From Fimbriimonadia bacterium (GTDB lineage: Bacteria > Armatimonadota > Fimbriimonadia > Fimbriimonadales > JABRVX01), in contig JBGPGO010000027.1 in assembly GCA_041483895.1 (NCBI GenBank), forward strand, positions 1 to 31,618: DNA of 31,618 nucleotides, in the 5' to 3' direction. Below the pieces are notes generated by a model. The model saw only the letters and a list, made by a program, of their open reading frames with translations. It had not been told where the DNA came from and searched no databases. How positions within the stretch are numbered: the stretch's first letter is position 1; each line of letters opens with the position of its first letter. Shown piece by piece: positions 26,940 to 31,618 of the stretch. The position numbers and the translations under genes were made by a program.

Positions 26940-26989
26940 GTAGCCTCCCGAAGACCCTCAATAGGAGGACCTGTCTGAGGGATGCAAAC
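26940..26989 (+). repeat. REP-like hairpin upstream of the RAYT gene, inverted relative to 26302-26349
   Basis: GTAG head, then CCCTCAATAGGAGGACCTGTCTGAGGG, a near-copy of the downstream hairpin. Confidence 0.8.
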
Positions 26990-26998
26990 CTCTGCTCG

Positions 26999-27520
26999 CT
27001 ACGCGTTCTTCGCGTAATCGTCCCATTGCTGGCGAACGAGGTGGAGACCCTCCACAAACGTCTCGAACTGGTCGGAAAGCTGCTTGAAAAGCGGCGCCTC
27101 GTCCCGATACCGGCCCAATTCGAACGTGGAGACGATATAGTATGATTCCTTGCCCTGCCGGACATAGTCGATGAGCAAATCTTGCGTGCCGGACTTCAGG
27201 CGCGGGACGGATTCGGGGAAGAGTCCGGTCCAGAACAGGGTGAAATCGCCGATATGCCGGTGCACCTCACGCTCGCGCGCAAACGACGTCGCGTTCAACC
27301 GAACGTCTCCCTCGACCAGCATGTGCGCGACTTCGGTTAGACGCCGGCCATCCATCGCGCGAATCCGGTACAGGTTGTCGGATAGCGCGAATTGGGCCAG
27401 CAAATCGGCGAGGTAGTCCAATATCGCATGCTCAGATAGGCCCATCCGGCGGCGCATGGCGGTCTCGACCGCTTGGCCAAAGAATGACTTCAACTCCGCT
27501 CCAGAAAACAATCGGTCCAT
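26999..27520 (-). CDS. Hypothetical helical protein (173 aa)
   Basis: Coding-like composition, SD GGGAG before ATG 27520, and motif RHIGDFTLFWTGLFPE...YVRQGKESY. The longer ORF runs into repeat DNA. Confidence 0.75.
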   Translation of the reverse strand: MDRLFSGAELKSFFGQAVETAMRRRMGLSEHAILDYLADLLAQFALSDNLYRIRAMDGRRLTEVAHMLVEGDVRLNATSFAREREVHRHIGDFTLFWTGLFPESVPRLKSGTQDLLIDYVRQGKESYYIVSTFELGRYRDEAPLFKQLSDQFETFVEGLHLVRQQWDDYAKNA

Positions 27521-27672
27521 CGTTCGCTCCCAACCCCCGCGGGCTATATCTGGGCAATGTGCCACGAATTGGTCAATCCGGCATCGTTGGTAGTGCCGGT
27601 TTTTCGGGCTTCCATTGTGATATGACGCAAAGAAAACAGGCGTCGTTTCAATCAGTGGTCGCGAGCTATCGA

Positions 27673-27858
27673 TCTGACCCCCATGCCAAATCGCCGCCAA
27701 AACCCGCGCGAGATCGGTAGCCGCGGATTCTCGTTCTGACCCGTGATCGATTCGCCGCCGCCAAAACCCGCGCAAGATCGGTAGCCGCGGATTCTCGTTC
27801 TGACCCAAGATCGCATCGCCGCCGCCAAAACCCGCGCAAGATCGGTCCCGCGCGGGTC
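27673..27858. repeat. Tandem repeat, about 3 units of 64 bp
   Basis: CGCCGCCAAAACCCGCGCRAGATCGGT starts at 27692, 27756 and 27820. The last unit ends in hairpin ACCCGCGC...GCGCGGGT. Confidence 0.88.
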
Positions 27859-27893
27859 TTGTTCGTCTCAGGAGAGACAGAATCCGGGGTTGC

Positions 27894-29081
27894 CTATGGC
27901 TTCAACGCATACAGCTTGCCGTCGACACACCCCACGTACAGCGTACCGTCGTTGCCAAGCGCCGGGGAGGAAGTGCCCGTGATCTCCGGCAAGGAGAAGC
28001 TGCCGAGCGTCGCCCCAGTCAAACCGCGCAGGGCCCACACCTTCTTCTCGACGTCGATCGCCCACCTCTTGCCCGAGCCCAGACCCATGAACAGGTTCTT
28101 GTTCGCATCGACCAAGATCGCGCTGTACGATGAGCCGAGCGAAAATCCATCCGCGGTGATTGTCTTCTGCCAGGTTGTCGCCCCGAAGGAGGTCAATTTC
28201 CACACGTACACATAGGCGGAGTAGTAGATGCTCCCCGTCGGATCCACCGCCAAAGGCGCATAGTTGGTCAGACCGAAAGTCGGTTCGACCATCCATTTTA
28301 GGGTCCCGTCAGAACGCACCGCATAGATGCCCTCGGTTGCCGTGAGAATGGACCCGTCCGGCGCGACGACAGGCGTGCCAAGCGGCCAAAAATAGGGGTT
28401 CCAATAGTCGAACACCCATTTCTGCGTCCCATTGGGCAGGAAGGCGTAGAGTCTGGCTCCGACATCGATCGTTGCGCCGACCGCGTAGACCGTGCCGTCG
28501 GTAGCCAGCGAGGGACCACCGGGCAGGCCGATGGAGACTCCCAGCGTCTGACTCCATAGGACGGAGCCTTCGGGGCTGAACGCCACAATCTTCCCGTCCA
28601 TGCCCTCATAGACAGTCCCATCCGGGGCGACGACCGGGCTTTGGATCACGGGGTTTGCCGCCTTGTAGGTCCAGTGGACCGTTCCGTCCGGGCGGAGGGC
28701 GTATAGCTTGTTATCCGGCGCTCCGACATAGATATCGCCATTCGGACCGATCGCGGGGGATGAGGCGGTGTAGAACTTCACGTCTATGAACTTGATTCGC
28801 TTCGTCCACTTAATCGTTCCGTCCGGTCGGATGGCGTCGAATCGAAAACTGGGATGCAACTGCTGCTCCAGCGTAAAGCCAATGTAGATTGTGCCGTCGG
28901 CGCCAATTACCGGAGAGGAGATAACCGGCCCGTTGAGAGGGACGGTCCACTTGAGCTTTGGCGCGGTGGGACCCACAACAGGCACATATCCGGTGCGTTG
29001 CGCATTGCCATGGTACATGGTCCAATCCGCACAAACCGCGGAGCCGAATACGATACTGATGAGTATTGTGATTGATTTCAT
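27894..29081 (-). CDS. Exported PQQ-like (BamB-type) beta-propeller protein
   Basis: Signal peptide, W.MYHGNAQRTG and repeated SSP.IG.DGTIY.G...LYA..PDG..KW blades. Confidence 0.88.
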   Translation of the reverse strand: MKSITILISIVFGSAVCADWTMYHGNAQRTGYVPVVGPTAPKLKWTVPLNGPVISSPVIGADGTIYIGFTLEQQLHPSFRFDAIRPDGTIKWTKRIKFIDVKFYTASSPAIGPNGDIYVGAPDNKLYALRPDGTVHWTYKAANPVIQSPVVAPDGTVYEGMDGKIVAFSPEGSVLWSQTLGVSIGLPGGPSLATDGTVYAVGATIDVGARLYAFLPNGTQKWVFDYWNPYFWPLGTPVVAPDGSILTATEGIYAVRSDGTLKWMVEPTFGLTNYAPLAVDPTGSIYYSAYVYVWKLTSFGATTWQKTITADGFSLGSSYSAILVDANKNLFMGLGSGKRWAIDVEKKVWALRGLTGATLGSFSLPEITGTSSPALGNDGTLYVGCVDGKLYALKP

Positions 29082-29090
29082 TTTTCTTTC

Positions 29091-30308
29091 CTATCGAACG
29101 CAGTACACGAAGTCGGTCGTGCCTTCGCGCCCCGCCGCGATGATGCGGCCGTATGGACCGATGACGGGCGATGTGGTGAACTTGTCGCAGATCTTCACCA
29201 TCCACCAAATCGAGCCGGTGGGCCGAAAAGCGATGAGATAGCCCGTGTCCGTCGTCGCGTATATGATGTCACGGGCATCGAGGGCAAGTCCGTCCAGCAT
29301 CGAGCCGACGCCGCTGATGGGCAGCGTCCAGAGGACGGCGCCGGACTGAGGCTCCAAGGCGGCCATGAACACGCCCGTGGGGACATAAAGCTGATTGTTC
29401 TTGCCGAGCGCGGGAGTGCGGGTCCAGACACCGTACGGCTGCGACCAGAGCAGGTTTCCGTTTGGATCGTAGTGCCGAATCCCAAAGCCGTCCTCGCAGA
29501 CAAAGAGCGTTCCGTCTGGGGAAAATACGACCGTGCTGCCGCCGCCATTCGAAGAGTATTTGGTCCATCGATTCGTGCCATTGGCGTTGGCGTAGGTCAC
29601 TGTTGGAAACGTGTGCGGTTCCTTGCTGCGGATGAGGCCGAGCGCCATATCGCCGTTGGGGGCCACGGAGACTGTGCCGCCACCCGGAGCGCCAGTAAAC
29701 AACACCGTGCCGGTTGCCGTGAAGCCAATCGTCCCCTCAAGCGGAACACCCCACCGGATCGTAGTATCCGGCAAGATCGCAGGGGACACATTGGCAATAG
29801 ATTGGTTGTTCCCCGAATAGGACCAGAGCAGGTTGCCGACGGTGTCGAACTTCTGTAGCGTGGCGTTGGATGTGGGAACGACCGGGTTGCCATCCGCATC
29901 GACGGCAGGGGCCCCGGACGAACTTTGCGACATGCCCCACGGAAACGAGGGGACCTGCCTGCGCCACAAGACACCGCCAAAAGAGTCCAGTGCGGTCACG
30001 AAGTCTTCTCCGCTCCACCATGCATCGACCCACTCGTCCCCGACGACAATCATGCCGGTCTTTGAGACTGCGAAATGAGCGGGCGTGCCGGACATCTGGA
30101 ACTTCCAGACGATTTCACCCGTGGTCGCGCCCATACTGGGCGATTGTCCCGTACGGGCGGGATCGGCGTGCCGCATGGGCCAAGGATGGGCCAGGAACGG
30201 GAACAGGTCTTTCTTCAGAGGATCCGGCGCCGAGGTTTGGGCAAAACCCGCGGCGAGGCAGATTCCGGCGACAAGCGCCAAAACGCCTTTGCAGAAAGAT
30301 TTATACAT
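29091..30308 (-). CDS. Exported PQQ-like beta-propeller protein
   Basis: Signal peptide, WPMRHADPARTG, repeated G.LLW / SPA / SPVIG blades and SD GGAGGA. Confidence 0.85.
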   Translation of the reverse strand: MYKSFCKGVLALVAGICLAAGFAQTSAPDPLKKDLFPFLAHPWPMRHADPARTGQSPSMGATTGEIVWKFQMSGTPAHFAVSKTGMIVVGDEWVDAWWSGEDFVTALDSFGGVLWRRQVPSFPWGMSQSSSGAPAVDADGNPVVPTSNATLQKFDTVGNLLWSYSGNNQSIANVSPAILPDTTIRWGVPLEGTIGFTATGTVLFTGAPGGGTVSVAPNGDMALGLIRSKEPHTFPTVTYANANGTNRWTKYSSNGGGSTVVFSPDGTLFVCEDGFGIRHYDPNGNLLWSQPYGVWTRTPALGKNNQLYVPTGVFMAALEPQSGAVLWTLPISGVGSMLDGLALDARDIIYATTDTGYLIAFRPTGSIWWMVKICDKFTTSPVIGPYGRIIAAGREGTTDFVYCVR

Positions 30309-30511
30309 ATCGAGATTCCTCCATGATATGTCGAGAGGCTCGTCGGCGTTCGCGCGGTCCTTACTATGGTACTACTAGCACTACTTGCCGGCAAGTCGTT
30401 GTTTGTTATGTCATTAGAATCAATGACACTGTGTTTCGGCAGCGGCATCTTGGGGAACCAGCAACGAAGAAGAGACGATCACGTGGAGAGAAAATACGCT
30501 CCGGCGAGTGG

Positions 30512-31618
30512 TTAGTCCTCAGGCCGCAGTGTCGGGAAGAAGACCACATCGCGAATGGCTTGCGTGCCGGCAAAGACCATCGCCATCCGGTCCATCCCGA
30601 TCCCAAGGCCGCCGGCCGGCGGCATGCCGCACTCCATCGCGTACAAAAACTCCTCGTCCATCGGATGGGACGCTTCATCGCCCGCGCCCCGCTGAGCTGC
30701 TTGCACTGTCAGCCGTTCCCGTTGGTCCATCGGATCGTTCAGTTCGCTGAACGCATTGGCAACTTCCTGGGCCGCGACGAACCCCTCGAATCGACGAACG
30801 AGCCGCGGATCGTCCGGCATCTTCTTTGCCAGCGGCGATGTATCGAGCGGGTAGCCGGTCAGGAAGGTCGGCTGAATCAGATGCGGCTGGACGAACCGCT
30901 CCATCAGCTTCTCCATAATCCCGCCAATCAGCGTCTCCTCCGACATATCCAGGCCCAGGGATGTACCGGCCGTCTTTGCGGACTCCAGGCTGTCAAACGC
31001 CTCCGGTTTCACGCCTGTCCGTTCCTCAATCCCCTCAAGGAGCGAGATCCGTTGCCAGGGCCGGCCGAAATCCAGCTCGTGCCCGCCCGCCTTCACAATG
31101 GGGCCACCGAAACAGGTGACCGCAACGTGCCGAAACAGCCGCTCCGTCACGTCCATCATGTCCTCAAGCTGCACGTAGGCCTGGTACAACTCCAGCAGCG
31201 TGAACTCGGGCAAGTGCCGTGTGGACAGGCCCTCGTTGCGAAAAACGCGCCCCACCTCATACACCTTGTCGATTCCGCCGATCATGAGCCTCTTGAGGTA
31301 GAGTTCCAACGAGATGCGCAGCTTCATGTCCGTGTGCATCTCGTTGTGGTGGGTGACAAATGGCCGCGCCGCCGCGCCGCCCGCCTCATATTGCAGCACG
31401 GGCGTCTCGACCTCCAAAAACCCTTCGTCATCCAAGAAGCGGCGGACCTGCGAATTCATGCGGCATCGAGTGACCAACAGATCGAACGCTTCCCGGTTGC
31501 AGATCATGTCCAGATGCCGGTGGCGATACCGGATCTCCCGGTCCTCCAGGCCGTACCACTGCTTGCCGTCCTTCTCCTTGCCCAGCGGCAGCGGTTCCAG
31601 GCACTTGGCCAGGACGCA
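30512..31618 (-). CDS. lysS: Lysyl-tRNA synthetase class II (5' part outside window)
   Basis: Frame stays open to the window end. Motifs FLEVETP, GGAAARPF.THHN, FRNEG, H.PEFT.LE.Y, NAFSELNDP and GLGIGMDR. Confidence 0.96.
   Translation of the reverse strand, partial: CVLAKCLEPLPLGKEKDGKQWYGLEDREIRYRHRHLDMICNREAFDLLVTRCRMNSQVRRFLDDEGFLEVETPVLQYEAGGAAARPFVTHHNEMHTDMKLRISLELYLKRLMIGGIDKVYEVGRVFRNEGLSTRHLPEFTLLELYQAYVQLEDMMDVTERLFRHVAVTCFGGPIVKAGGHELDFGRPWQRISLLEGIEERTGVKPEAFDSLESAKTAGTSLGLDMSEETLIGGIMEKLMERFVQPHLIQPTFLTGYPLDTSPLAKKMPDDPRLVRRFEGFVAAQEVANAFSELNDPMDQRERLTVQAAQRGAGDEASHPMDEEFLYAMECGMPPAGGLGIGMDRMAMVFAGTQAIRDVVFFPTLRPED

Noticed and set aside
27550..27570. Sigma-54 promoter (minus-strand TGGCAC...TTGC)
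   Set aside because: The spacing is 1 nt instead of 5.
27521..27808. N-terminal extension of the 269-aa ORF
   Set aside because: It starts inside the tandem repeat. A better SD and ATG lie at 27520.
27673..27858. CRISPR array
   Set aside because: The core is about 51 bp, the linkers are about 13 bp and similar to each other, and there are no cas genes. It is a tandem repeat.

Overview
GC-rich bacterial chromosomal window. The gene content (UBact-type tag with a proteasome operon, PEP-CTERM proteins, PilC-like proteins, orphan Rhs cores) suggests a diderm lineage such as Armatimonadota; this is inference. In order: the 3' end of an IS481-like element; a single-Cys ArsC/LMW-PTP gene; a TIM-barrel epimerase; folK, two T2SS-F/PilC genes and a J-domain/TPR/membrane gene; menG, a polyprenyl synthase and a HAD-IIA hydrolase; a short Rhs core with a Cys-rich tip plus a downstream partner gene; a complete, translationally coupled dop-ubact-prcB-prcA-pafA operon with no ARC/Mpa ATPase; DUF1003; two paralogous PEP-CTERM genes bracketing DUF1259/ChrB-like genes and clpP-clpX-lon; a REP-associated tyrosine transposase (RAYT) flanked by its hairpins; two PQQ-type beta-propeller genes; and partial lysS. 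The most notable signals are (i) the UBact tagging/proteasome system, with a basic Gln-ending tag and a divergent ligase, (ii) several unrelated REP-like palindrome families, some inserted in frame within protein-coding genes and one apparently targeted by the IS481 element, and (iii) a recurring TANNNT hexamer 5-6 nt before start codons, suggesting leaderless mRNAs. All family assignments are from motif recognition by eye; no searches were run.
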